NCBI RefSeq assembly: GCF_947568905.1
Contig: NC_079173.1
Location: 37,262,001-37,326,000, forward strand
Direction: 5' to 3'
From: Ostrea edulis
Taxonomy: Eukaryota
Length of the DNA stretch: 64,000 bases
In this document: in pieces, positions 10,814 to 22,405 of the stretch
Layout of the letters: every line of letters starts with the position of its first letter
How positions within the stretch are numbered: the first letter of the stretch is position 1
Notes under the pieces: generated by a model
Databases searched by the model: none
What the model was told of the DNA's origin: nothing
What the model saw: only the letters and a program-made list of their open reading frames with translations
Program-made: the position numbers and the translations under genes

Positions 10814-12402
10814 TGTTCTACAGTGAGTCTGTTATACCTAGTGGTTGTTCTACAGTGTGTTATACCTAGTGGTTGTTCTACAGTGTCTGCTGTACCTAGT
10901 GGTTGTTATACAGCGAGTCTGTTATCCTAGTGGTTGTCCTACAGCGAGTCTGTTATACCTAGTGGTTGTTCTACAGTTAGTCTGTTATAACCTAGTGTTT
11001 GTTCTACAGTTAGTCTGTTATACCTAGTGGTTGTTCTACAGTTAGTCTGTTATACTTAGTGGTTGTTCTACAGTTAGTCTGTTATACCTAGTGGTTGTTC
11101 TACAGTGTCTGTTGTACCTAGTGGTTGTTCTACAGTTAGTCTGTTATACCTAGTGATTGTTCTACAGCGAGTCTGTTATACCTAGTGGTTGTTCTACAGT
11201 GTGTCTGTTATACCTAGTGGTTGTTCTACAGAGTCTGTTATACCTAGTGGTTGTTCTACAGTGTCTGTTATACCTAGTGGTTGTTCTACAGTGTCTGTTG
11301 TACCTAGTGGTTGTTCTACAGTGTCTGCTGTACCTAGTGGTTGTTCTACAGCGAGTCTGTTATACCTAGTGTTTGTTCTACAGCGAGTCTGTTATACCTA
11401 GTGGTTGTTCTACAGTGTGTCTGTTATACCTAGTGGTTGTTCTACAGTGAGTCTGTTATACCTAGTGGTTGTTCTACAGTGAGACTTTTATACCTAGTGG
11501 TTGTTCTACAAAGTCTTGCTATACCTAGTGGTTGTTCTACAGTGTCTGTTATACCTAGTGGTTGTTCTACAGTGTCTGTTGTACCTAGTGGTATTTCTAC
11601 AGTGTGTCTGTTATACCTAGTGGTTGTTCTACAGTGTGTCTGTTATACCTAGTGGTTGTTCTACAGTGTCTGTTATACCTAGTGGTTGTTCTACATTGAG
11701 TCTGTTATACCTAGTGGTTGTTATACAGCGAGTCTGTTATACCTAGTGTTTGTTCTATAGTGAGTCTGTTATACCCTGTGTTTGTTCTATAGTGAGTCTG
11801 TTATACCTAGTGTTTGTTCTATAGTGAGTCTGTTATACCTAGTGGTTGTTCTACAGAGTCTGTTATACCTAGTGGTTGTTCTACAGTGTGTCTGTTATAC
11901 CTAGTGGTTGTTCTACAGTGTCTGTTATACCTAGTGGTTGTTCTACAGTGTCTGTTGTACCTAGTGGTATTTCTACAGTGTGTCTGTTATACCTAGTGGT
12001 TGTTCTACAGTGAGTCTGTTATACCTAGTGGTTGTTCTACAGTGTCTGCTGTATCTAGTGGTTGTTCTACAGTGAGTCTGTTATACCTAGTGTTTGTTCT
12101 ATAGTGAGTCTGTTATACCTAGTGGTTGTTCTACAGTGTCTGTTATACCTAGTGGTTGTTCTACAGTGAGTCTGTTATACCTAGTGGTTGTTCTACAGTG
12201 TCTGTTATACCTAGTGGTTGTTCTACAGTGTGTCTGTTATACCTAGTGGTTGTTCTACAGTGTCTGTTATACCTAGTGGTTGTTCTACAGTGTGTTATAC
12301 CTAGTGGTTGTTCTACAGCGAGTCTGTTATACCTAGTGGTTGTTCTACAGTAAGACTTTTATACCTAGTGGTTGTTCTACAAAGTCTTGATATACCTAGT
12401 GG
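10814..12402. repeat. 28-30-bp minisatellite in RPL27 intron 2 whose unit contains the exon-2 donor junction
   Basis: About 55 copies; minus-strand unit CTGTAGAACAACCACTAGGTATAACAGA versus the real junction CCCACTAG|GTATA. Confidence 0.93.
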
Positions 12403-12565
12403 GCATAAGGTGGTTGTAGTTGTACACCCTCAGGAAAGCCTTCAGTTTGGACCTGTCCTTCATCCTCTTCTTTCCCATTTTTCGGGTGACTTTACGTGGG
12501 TAGCGGTCAATTCCTGCTACAAGGGCATGTCCGTAGGGTTTGTCTTGTGTACCATCATCATGGTT
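12396..12565 (-). CDS. RPL27: RPL27 coding exon 2 (170 nt)
   Basis: [57 protein letters not shown]; CTGCAG acceptor, GTATA donor. Confidence 0.97.
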
Positions 12566-13646
12566 CTGCAGATTCAAAATACAGCATTGTTCAACAAGTT
12601 GATAACACAGTCAAGAAATCATGTCAACAATGCTGTGCAAGAGAGAAGGAGGATGAAATCAAATGCAAATTGTGAGGACTTTTGTTTGGTTTATATATGT
12701 GCAGTACTTAGTATCAGACATCTTAGCACTTTCTTTTTCATGTGAAACATGTATCGATGTATTCCTTGGGTTTTTCTCTTGATTGAATGTGATACAGGTC
12801 TTACTTGGGACAATCACATCTTAGTGAGAAGTGCTCTCAGCCCATTCTAGCTAGGCTCACGAGTTTATCTAACACTCGGGTAGTTGAAATTCAAGTTTGA
12901 CTTGGCCCTTCCCTCCATAAAACAACAGATGCATCACACATCTAATTTCCAACAGCTTGACATATCCAGGGATTTCTTTAGGTTGTTTTAGCAAGTGTTA
13001 GTAGGATGATGGATAAAACCCGAATCCATTTCCCACGAGAACACCCAAATCTGATCAGCGTCCCCCCCCCCCTTCTATAACTGGTATCAATATACGGCAC
13101 CATTCCCAATGCCAAAAACCGTTGATTTTTCCCAATTTTGAGACTAAAAATTCACAATTCACTTGCCGAAAAATAGACCGCTGACATTGTAATTTACTTA
13201 GTCAGAAACTTTGTACGAGTTAACTACAATGTTCACTTCCGGTATTAAATCGAAAGTACGGATCATGGCAGTGCGCGTTTTGTAAAGCTACGACGATTCT
13301 AAAGCAAGCCAATGGCAATTCCTTATGTCTCACAACAGCGAATGTTACCGTAAAAAGTTTGTAAAGAGATAAATACTTCTTGTTTTGTTCTCTTTTTTTT
13401 TTCCTTTTCTTTTAATTGAAATCATCTGCCAATACATTGGTAGAAAATTACCAATTTGTTAGATTTTGAAGCCATTTTTCCCAATTGAATGAGTACCAGT
13501 ACCAGTGGGTAGAAAGGAAAAAAACCCACTGCTGATGGAGAAATTCTGAGATTATTTTACCTGGTCATGGGTCATCATGAACATGAAGTAATCAGTTGTG
13601 CATCCTTATATATGGTTTGGTTGAATCTCAAGACTGTTAAACTCAC

Positions 13647-13727
13647 CTTCACAATAACTGCCTTTCTCCCAGCAAATCGTCCACTTAACACAAGCACTAC
13701 TTTGCCTGGTTTCATAAACTTCCCCAT
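13647..13727 (-). CDS. RPL27: RPL27 coding exon 1 (81 nt)
   Basis: [27 protein letters not shown]; TTTTCAG acceptor 2 nt before the ATG implies an upstream non-coding exon; GTGAGT donor. Confidence 0.97.
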
Positions 13728-14588
13728 GGCTGAAAAGGTATTTATACATAGATCATCAAACCTCTACATTATTTGCACCGAACATTATGGTGTTACATGA
13801 TCGACTCTTGATTTTGGTACGAATTTGAACAAATTCGGTACACAAAGATTCGTCATAAATAAGTTTAGACGCGATTACTTGAATAATACGCTGAATAAAT
13901 TGCAAACACTTGGCACTGTCGAGCCAATGAATTACACTTAATCAAATGGATTCATTTTTGTAAACATTAGCCTCCAACGTGGTACTTCACAGTGGAAAAA
14001 CTTCCATGTACCTATAACTGATCATCTTAATGTTTCATATATAAATAACTGAGATACTTAGGAACACATCTACGTATAAAATTTTATTTCATTTTTGACA
14101 AATACGGCGATGATGCCAGATATAATTTCTAATCATCCCAAGTACCTGAAACCAATGGACGACGTTTTAGTAAAAGAAAGAACCTTGTTGATGACATTAT
14201 TTTATCCGGATCAAAAATAATTTCAAATAAACCATTTAAAGTTATTCTAATTTTATTTCAGCAAATGTTTGACTAGAATACCAACTCATAGCTCATTATT
14301 CATCCCAAAAGCAAAAATTAAACCTTTTTTAAAATCAAGATAAAGTTCTGTTAACGATTTAATCCGGAAAATGTTGGCAAGTGACTTGACGTTTCACTTC
14401 AAATCGGACTTCCGCTGACAATTCGAAATTCCTCCAAAGATTTCAAGGCAGGGAATATTGTAAGATATATTATGTATTTAATGTGCAATATATATTTATG
14501 TGCAAATATTTACATAGTATATTAATTTTATATAAGAATCCGAGGGAATCTTTATACATTGCGAAATCTCATTGATCGCTGCACAGAC

Positions 14589-14836
14589 CACAGGAGTTTC
14601 AATTTTATAAATTTTTATAAATTATTAATTAAAGTCAATAAAATTCACTCGACCAACATGACGAAGTCATGAGCTATGCGTTAGCATAAGAGTTCGAATT
14701 TTTATCGAGAAAGTCAATAAATTTCATTCGATTGACCAAGCCATGAGTTATGTGTAGACTTGCTTTTTCAATCGAGTGAATTCTAGCCCATCTAGGCCCC
14801 CTATTTACTTTCTTGATAAAATTTCGAACTCCTGTG
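14589..14836. mobile_element. MITE with CACAGGAG TIR and 7-bp TSD (P-superfamily-like)
   Basis: CACAGGAGTTT..AACTCCTGTG; TSD CACAGAC at 14582-14588 and 14837-14843. Confidence 0.8.
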
Positions 14837-14859
14837 CACAGACATCTCACGATCTGTAT

Positions 14860-15290
14860 TATAAATAAATGTAATAGCGAGCGAAGCTCGCGTCGCAAAG
14901 CGACGTGACGAGCTCGCTCCAATGATTACGCAATTGAGTCATGTGGTTTGCTCTTCATCAGCCGAAAAATGATGGGGACTACCCATAATGCCTCCGGAAA
15001 AATGTCGCCGTCACTGTGGTATACTTCATTGACAATCCCGTAATTAAAATAATTAGATTGTTTAGAAAGTACCATAAACATTTTTAAATTCCAGACAAGC
15101 TTTCTCATGGCTTCAAAGGTTTTGTTTTTGCTTGGTTTGAGAGAAGAAAAAACATTGCAACTAATATGATGTCACAATTTGTACCGTTTACATCAAACGC
15201 GTTATATTTCCCCGCGTTAAATGAAGAGGCGGATAAAAGTCGTGTTGCAAGATGTTAACAAACTTCGCTCGTCTCAACGGTCACACCATA
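14860..15290. promoter_or_regulatory. Possible promoter region between divergent RPL27 and secernin
   Basis: CpG-richer patch between head-to-head genes; start sites cannot be fixed from sequence. Confidence 0.3.
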
Positions 15291-16210
15291 CAACATATTA
15301 TTATTAATATGTTGATGAATCTACTGTTAGTGCAAGCGTAGATATATATTAGCGAATCTAGACACACCCCCCCCCCCCCCCCCACCTAAAGGAAGTGGGT
15401 TAAATAAATTCCACCCCATGCATTTTTAGGGGTTCAATTGAAACTATGAACTACTTGCTATTTTACAACTGGAACAGTTGTAACACTGTAGGTAATCTTA
15501 ACAAGATTATTTCGAAGCTGAATATTTGGACTGACGCTTCTTCAGTCCAATATCCAGCCTCGACGAATATTGCTGTGATTGAAAAATTGACAACTATATG
15601 TTTATTTCTACTAAATCCATGGGTGGTGGGTTTGGACCCTCCATCCTTCATATGTGCCTGTCTGACATATAGCCTGGAATTTAGCTATGTGATTTAAAGG
15701 AAAAGGAGAAATATTTGTAGTGTAATAAAAATTGCAATCTAGGATAAATATAAATCATCAGAAATCACTACAATGGCAAGGCAGGGTTTATCCTAAAAAT
15801 TTATGAAATAATATTCATGTACAGATTGTGGCAGTGAGGTATTTTAATTCAACACAATAATTGAATATTTCAGCTTTCACATTATGGTAAAGAAAAATTC
15901 TACATATTTGACCCCCCCCCCCCCCCCCCCCCCCCCATCTTTTTTTGTTGTAATGATACATTGAAATCAGTCACAAACCTAGAATAAATCAAGTTGATAT
16001 AAACAATCATTCGATGTCATGTTTTCATAGATATATTTACAATGATGAATCAAGTTGATTTTCATCATTTGTGTGCATGCTAAATTTACCCTTCAATCCT
16101 TAATTGAATTTAGATCCACTACTGCTTCAGGTGTACATGTATATTGTGACGTCAAAACGTAGACCGTGTCAACAGTCAAGTAACTATTCGTCTTGCCACT
16201 TTATATCAGA

Positions 16211-16460
16211 TTTAATTGATTTTTGATGTTTTCCGCCACAACTCAACAATTTTTCAGTTATATGGTGGCGCCCAGTGTTTGTTGGTGGAAGAGAGAACCC
16301 AGATACAATGCACCTGGGAAGAGACCACCGACCTTTCCGAAAGTAAACTGGGAAACTTTCTCACTTACCAGCGCGAGCAGGATTTGAACCCGCGCTGACA
16401 GAGATGAGAGGCCGTGTGATTTTGAGCGCGATGTTCTAATCACTCAGCCACGTAGGCCCC
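16211..16460 (-). mobile_element. tRNA-derived SINE, full length
   Basis: Head GGGGCCTACGTGGCTGAGTG..GGGTTCAAATCC, AATC-like tail, 12-bp TSD CTTTATATCAGA (16199-16210, 16461-16472); sister copy at 54881. Confidence 0.85.
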
Positions 16461-17569
16461 CCTTTATATCAGAAGAAAACCACATAATATATTGATGCTA
16501 GGAGCTGGATCAATATATCGATTATCAATACACATCAGTATTTTTTAGCAATACGATAACCGATACAGCGAGTCCCGTATCGTTTAATATATTAAGAGTG
16601 GTTATTAACGTATCTTACAGCGAGATTTCATGAACGAGTTAAGAAATAAATTGAAAATATACAAACGAACTATCTAAATGTCATTGCTCCATGACTGCAT
16701 ACAATACAAACATGTGTCGAAAGTGTGTGCGTGTGACGATTCTGTGGTCTCAGTTTTCAAATATTACATATTTGTAGCTTTAAAAAACAAAGTCTAAGGT
16801 TTGTGGAACAGAGGTCGTAAGCTCTGGTGGTAAAAGTAAATTAACAACACATTTCGATGACATCATAAAGCTAACTGTCAGTAAATTGGGCGACAAATCT
16901 ATCGATGAATAATGTATGTAGTAATCAGAGTTGAACGTGATCTGCATTCGCAATTTTTGTATGAAGAAAATATATGAATAAATAAATGAAGTTATAATTT
17001 ATTTGTGAATATTCATCCTGAAAATAATTTCCTCTGCTGCCTTAGACTTAGAGCGGGAGATATTGTATCAGTAATTAGGGTTTGTTTAAAGCCAGAGAAT
17101 GTGGATGCCCTTGTTTTCATGAAGAGAAAAAATATGTTAACAATATTGATGAAAGCAAATCGATATATAATTTCATTCACAATTGTCTTTTATTGATAGA
17201 TTAATTCAAGCTAACACTATATGCAAATGATACAACAAGAATAGATGAAGCTTTATTTTGTTATTAATTAATCCTTTTAATCCTCAAAATTAACTGAAAT
17301 GTATTTGTATTGTATCGTCAATACGTATCGCATCTTGTCTCCCTGTATTGCAATACGTATTGTATCGAAATTTTCCAAACGATACCCAACCAACAAAAAA
17401 AATTGTAATACCAGGCTTGGATTTCCTCGAAAAATCTCAAATTTAAGTTTGAGTTTTCTTTTATTTAAAGCAGTTAAAATCTGAGTAAAGTCCAAGTTTG
17501 AAATAATTGGGTGGTTTTTTTCTTATTGGGAGAAATCCAGGCCAGAATCTGTGAACTCAAAAGAGGAAT

Positions 17570-17728
17570 GGAACTTTATGTCCTTCACTGATACTGAACT
17601 TATGTCCTTCAATGATACTGAATGATACTGAACTTATGTCCTTCAATGATACTGAATGATACTGAACTTATGTCCTTCAATGATACTGAACGTTATGTCC
17701 TTCAATGATACTGAATGATACTGAACTT
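17570..17728. repeat. 24/34-bp compound tandem repeat upstream of secernin coding exon 1
   Basis: TGAACTTATGTCCTTCAATGATAC(TGAATGATAC) units. Confidence 0.85.
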
Positions 17729-17824
17729 GGTCGATTTAGAACAATTCATAAGTAGCTTTAATAGAATTACATGTAGCATTCAAAGATAAAACATAGAAAA
17801 ATATTGGTTTACTTTACAGTAAAT

Positions 17825-17967
17825 ATGGCAGACTGCTTTTTGGTGATGCCAACCCATACAAAGGACAGGACTGTCATTCTGGGAAAAACTCCCAGAGGCC
17901 AGCCGCAGAAGTCCAGGAAGTGGTGTACAGAGCATCAGAAACCCACCCAGACACTGCAAAAGTTCAG
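17825..17967 (+). CDS. SCRN: Secernin-like protein (peptidase C69/Ntn family), coding exon 1, 1-nt short in an A run
   Basis: MADCFLVMP..ILGK[N]SQRPAAEVQEVVY once one A is restored at ~17884-17888; 143 nt = 144-1; GTGAG donor. Confidence 0.88.
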
Positions 17968-18032
17968 GTGAGATTCATTTTAATGGCAATGCATTTGAAT
18001 GACACACATATTCAGTTCCTAAAGTTTTGAAA

Positions 18033-18382
18033 CAACTACTTCATCTGTAGTGAAAAGGAAACTACTTAGTTTGTAGTGAAAAGGAAACTACTTAGTCTGT
18101 AGTGAAAAGGAAACTACTTCGTCTGTAGTGAAAAGGAAACTACATCGTCTGTAGTGAAAAGGAAACTACTTAGTCTGTAGTGAAAAGGAAACTACTTCGT
18201 CTGTAGTGAAAAGGAAACTACATCGTCTGTAGTGAAAAGGAAACTACTTAGTCTGTAGTGAAAAGGAAACAAAGGAAACTACATCGTCTGTAGTGAAAAG
18301 GAAACTACTTAGTCTGTAGTGAAAAGGAAACTACTTTGTCTGTAGTGAAAAGGAAACTACTTCGTCGGTAGTGAAAAGGAAA
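18033..18382. repeat. 26-bp minisatellite in secernin intron 1
   Basis: About 13 copies of AACTACTTCGTCTGTAGTGAAAAGGA. Confidence 0.95.
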
Positions 18383-18431
18383 CATTGTGATTACACATTG
18401 CTGACAATGCAATTTTAAAGTTAGTTAGAAC

Positions 18432-18598
18432 TGTAATAGGCAGGGAGAAAATGAAATGGACGAGACTGCAATTCGAACCTGGGGCCTTTCAACCTCTAGT
18501 TTGTTTGACCACTACATTTCTCCCTCCTTCACACCTTGAAGACATTCCCAGGATCTTTATCCTTTGGCAGACATTTTTACCTGTCAGTTCTAGAGGAT

Positions 18599-18600
<2 letters not shown>
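18432..18600 (-). mobile_element. Diverged copy of the tRNA-cassette LTR-like repeat
   Basis: Homologous to 3275-3516; minus-strand terminus ..CTATTACA. Confidence 0.5.
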
Positions 18601-18637
<37 letters not shown>

Positions 18638-19033
18638 ATCTACTGATGTGTATAGACAATAAACAGGCACTAGGAATGCATCTTAAGATTTGGTTTCAAG
18701 GCATTTCACTAAGTGACATCTCAAAATATACTCACGACAGACATACATGTATCACTAAGTGACATATCAAAATATACTCACGACAGACATACATGTATCA
18801 ACTGCTCATAATAATGAACTAGCATTAAGATTAATGTAGAAAATACCAAATGCATATGTTTGCATTAGTCAGTAATTGTATATCAATTAAGGAATCAAAG
18901 TTATTTGATGCAACTTGTTGACATCCTCAATACATGTGTAATTTCATGTTATCTGACTTTTATTACAATTTATATATATATATATACACACACATACAAA
19001 GCACTAAAATGACCAACGACACGAACAACCAGA

Positions 19034-19074
19034 TTGTCAAATTTTCGGGACGACCCGTCCCTTCTTCAGGACAA
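19034..19074 (-). ncRNA. Minimal type I hammerhead ribozyme motif (variant)
   Basis: TTGTC-CTGAAGA-A-GGGAC(GGGTC)GTCCC-GAA-AATT-T-GACAA: stem I 5 bp, extra A after A9, palindromic stem III, U at the cleavage site. Confidence 0.6.
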
Positions 19075-19090
19075 ACGAAAAGAATTACAT

Positions 19091-19382
19091 AATGTGGCCA
19101 ATATCAATATCAATTTAATGTATTTACAACGCAGGCTACACGTTTTTCGTCTTTAGTCTTGCCAAAGAGCTGATCCAAAAAATGATTTTTGGATCATCTC
19201 TTTGGACGAATAAGACATGTTCTAATTCGCTTTGCTTTTAACATTGATTGGCAAGCCTAAAGACCAAAAAACATGTAGTCTGTGTTGTAAATACGTTTGT
19301 AGATTAGTGTAGTTGTAGTGCTAGATGTATTTATATGTACATGTAGTTTTTGTTATTATTCTCTGTTGATATTGGCCACATT
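19091..19382. repeat. Imperfect fold-back next to the hammerhead motif
   Basis: AATGTGGCCAATATCAA/TTGATATTGGCCACATT outer arms; TATTTACAACGCAGGCTAC../..GTAGTCTGTGTTGTAAATAC inner arms. Confidence 0.7.
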
Positions 19383-19439
19383 ACTAGCTTGAAAATACAG
19401 ATATGTACATTTAATTGCTGGGATAAGATTTAGAAATTC

Positions 19440-19662
19440 ATTTCAAAATTCAGGATTATATCTCCCTCATGCATAGCTCTGATCCATGGACGAATTTGGC
19501 TTCTGAAAATCAGTGTTTGGCACTTTAGTTTTCCTTTTAGCTCTCACAAGTTATTGTCATTTCGAATTTCCAAAATTCCGGCTTGAGCATCACTGAGGAG
19601 ACATTATTTGTCGAAATGCGCATCTGGTGCATCAAAATTGGCACCGTATAAGTTTTACATAT
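19440..19662 (+). mobile_element. Penelope-like element terminal (pLTR) fragment
   Basis: Carries a canonical minimal hammerhead, a known hallmark of Penelope-like pLTRs. Confidence 0.6.
19587..19630 (+). ncRNA. Minimal type I hammerhead ribozyme, canonical core
   Basis: GCATCA-CTGAGGA-GACA(TTATT)TGTC-GAA-ATGCGCAT-C-TGGTGC; AUC cleavage triplet, predicted cut after 19624. Confidence 0.85.
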
Positions 19663-19845
19663 ATATATATAATATAAATGGTTCTGGTTGCCATTTGCTC
19701 ATCGCTAAGGGATTTGGGGACCTAACGGGCTGTTAACTTGTGCATACATAATTATATATAAATATATTTACGGATGAATGATTTTAAGGCAGTATGACTA
19801 TTCTACAATCTCTTGTAACATTGATTACTGTTATTTTATATTTAG

Positions 19846-20034
<189 letters not shown>

Positions 20035-20282
20035 TAAGTTTTCATGAGTCATGTTTGTGATTAATTTTTTTTTAAAAAGGAAATGCTTTTGTTGGAAGTA
20101 GATGCAGAAGATGATGGCTCTGTATATACATTTTACAGTGAATGTGTTGCTTGCACACATAGCCCAGGGGTGTGATTTTTAAATACTCTGATTGGCTCAA
20201 TTTTCAAACAAATGAAACACTCTGGGTTTGATCTAAAGTGACAGAAAATTATATTTTCCAGGTAGAGTAAGGTGTTTTCCTT

Positions 20283-20795
20283 CCTTTTTGACCAGTTTTT
20301 CTTTGATTTCTGAGGAATTCAGCCTTTTTGACTAGTTTTTCTCTGATTTCTGAGGGATTCAGCCTTTTTGACCAGTTTTCCTCTGATTTCTGAGGAATTC
20401 AACCTTTTTGACCAGATTTCCTATGATTTCTGAGGAATTCAGCCTTTTTGACCAGTTTTTCTCTGATTTCTGAGGAATTCAGCCTTTTTGACCAGATTTT
20501 CATTGATTTCTGAGGAATTCAGCCTTATTTTCATTGATTTCTGAGGAATTCAGCCTTTTTGACCAGATTTCCTATGATTTCTGAGAAATTCAGCCTTTTT
20601 GACTAGTTTTTCTCTGATTTTTGAGGGATTCAACCTTTTTGACCAGTTTTCCTCTGATTTCTGAGGAATTCAGCCTTTTTAACTAGTTTTTCTCTGATTT
20701 CTGAGGAATTCAGCCTTTTTGATCAGATTTCCTCTGATTTCTGAGGAACTCAGCCTTTTTGATCAGATTTCCTCTGCTTTCTGAGGAGTTCAGTC
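20283..20795. repeat. 40-bp minisatellite in secernin intron 2
   Basis: About 12 copies of CAGCCTTTTTGACCAGTTTTCCTCTGATTTCTGAGGAATT. Confidence 0.95.
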
Positions 20796-21134
20796 ACAGC
20801 CCTGCAAGCTTTTTCCAGAGTTTTGGTCATGGTTCGCTACAGCTGTTGTTGTAAGAGCAGTTACTTCACAATCAGGAGATCAGGGTTCAATTCTCCATCT
20901 TTGCAGTCACATAATAATGACTGTTCCTTTGTCAAGAGCCAGGCATCAGAAGCAAAAGTCAAAAGTATATCCGATCTGAACGTTATCTCGCTTCATGTGG
21001 ACAGACACTCACAACTCCAATCGAGAATTCCATATAAAAGAAACCACTCTCTTCACGACTTCAAACACCACCGTATATAATTGATGATTCTATGTAATAT
21101 CAATGTTTGGTGATAAACTGTTTATTGAGGGAGA

Positions 21135-21520
21135 GGTCTGTCACTGTAGCCTAGTGGATAGGGCACTCCCTTTACAGCAGGGGGTGGGTGGGGGTAACTA
21201 TGTTCGATGTAGATAGTGCACTCCCTTTACAGCAGGGGGTGGGTGGGGGTAACTATGTTCGATTTAGATAGTGCACTCCCTTTACAGCTGGGGGTGGGTG
21301 GAGTAACTATGTTCAATTCTTGATTCAGACATTGTGTCAAATTTAAGCCGCTTAACATACTAGGTAGTAACTTTCCTTCGCCAAACACCCAGCATTAGAT
21401 GTGAGAATCACAGGTCTTTCAGATACTGTATGACCTTAAAACAGAGGCCCTGTGTCACGGTAGGTGTTGGTACGATAAAGAACCCTCACTGCTACTGCCC
21501 TGAGCACCATGCATAGGTCA
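21135..21520 (+). mobile_element. tRNA-derived SINE with a triplicated 55-bp head segment
   Basis: A-box TAGCCTAGTGG; body AGGTAGTAACTTTCCTTCGCCAAAC..GGCCCTGTGTCACGGTAGGTG shared with the 31565 and 29536 copies. Confidence 0.75.
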
Positions 21521-21744
21521 AACTTTAAGATATTTTACGTATTGATGATGGTGATATTCCTATTTGAATGTTCTGGAATGGGACTTGAAACAAAGAAACA
21601 AGTAAAAAGTTTGATAACTCTGTTTTCCATTAATTCCAATGTTGTTCATGTTATATTTGCTATTATATGGATATCTTTATTCAAGTGTGTAAGGTACGCC
21701 TTATAATGAATAGTTTCAAAGTCATCATAAGTTAGCTTTTGTAG

Positions 21745-21950
21745 GCTTGCCTTAGAAAGAGCTGAATCAGCAAAAGAAGCAGTGGTGGTGATCACGGGTC
21801 TCTTGGCTCAGTATGGTCAGGGAGGACCGGCATGTGAGGAGACAGGCTCGCAGAAGTGGGCACATCATAACAGCTTTCTGATCGCAGACAAAACAGAGGG
21901 GTGGATCTTAGAAACAGCAGGCAAATACTGGGCTGCCAAAGTCATCAAAG
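21745..21950 (+). CDS. SCRN: Secernin-like coding exon 3
   Basis: LALERAESAKEAV..YGQGG..HNSFLIADKTEGWILETAGKYWAA; 206 nt, phases consistent. Confidence 0.96.
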
Positions 21951-22081
21951 GTACAGTTTTACTGAAATTAAGGAGTTAAAGCAAATGCATCAGCCATTCT
22001 AAAACTGCCAGGAGGGAGGGCTATTGATTTTACTAATTGATGCTATGTGTGATTAGTCCAGATAATCTTCTCTACAGATTG

Positions 22082-22405
22082 CATTAGGTGTATGTATTGT
22101 AGTGAATTGTATTAGTTGTATGTATTGTAGTGAATTGCATTAGGTGTATGTATTGTGCATGTATCGTAGTGAATTGTATTAGTTGTATGTATCGTAGTGA
22201 ATTGTATTAGTTGTATGTATTGTACATGTATCATAGTGAATTGTATTAGGTGTATGTATTGTACATGTATCATAGTGAATTGTATTAGTTGTATGCATTG
22301 TACATGTATCGTAGTGAATTGTATTAGTTGTATGTATTGTACATGTATCGTAGTGAATTGCATTAGGTGTATGTATTGTACATGTATCATAGTGAATTGC
22401 ATTAG
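22082..22405. repeat. 39-bp minisatellite in secernin intron 3
   Basis: About 8 copies of TGTACATGTATCATAGTGAATTGTATTAGGTGTATGTAT. Confidence 0.9.

Noticed and set aside
9265-12353. Repetitive ORFs in RPL27 introns ([17 protein letters not shown] types)
   Set aside because: By-products of the 30-bp and 29-bp minisatellites.
15495-15550. Hammerhead-like CTGAAGA..CGAAA on the minus strand (similar at 22862 and 55568 on plus)
   Set aside because: Stems I-III cannot be closed with a valid cleavage triplet.
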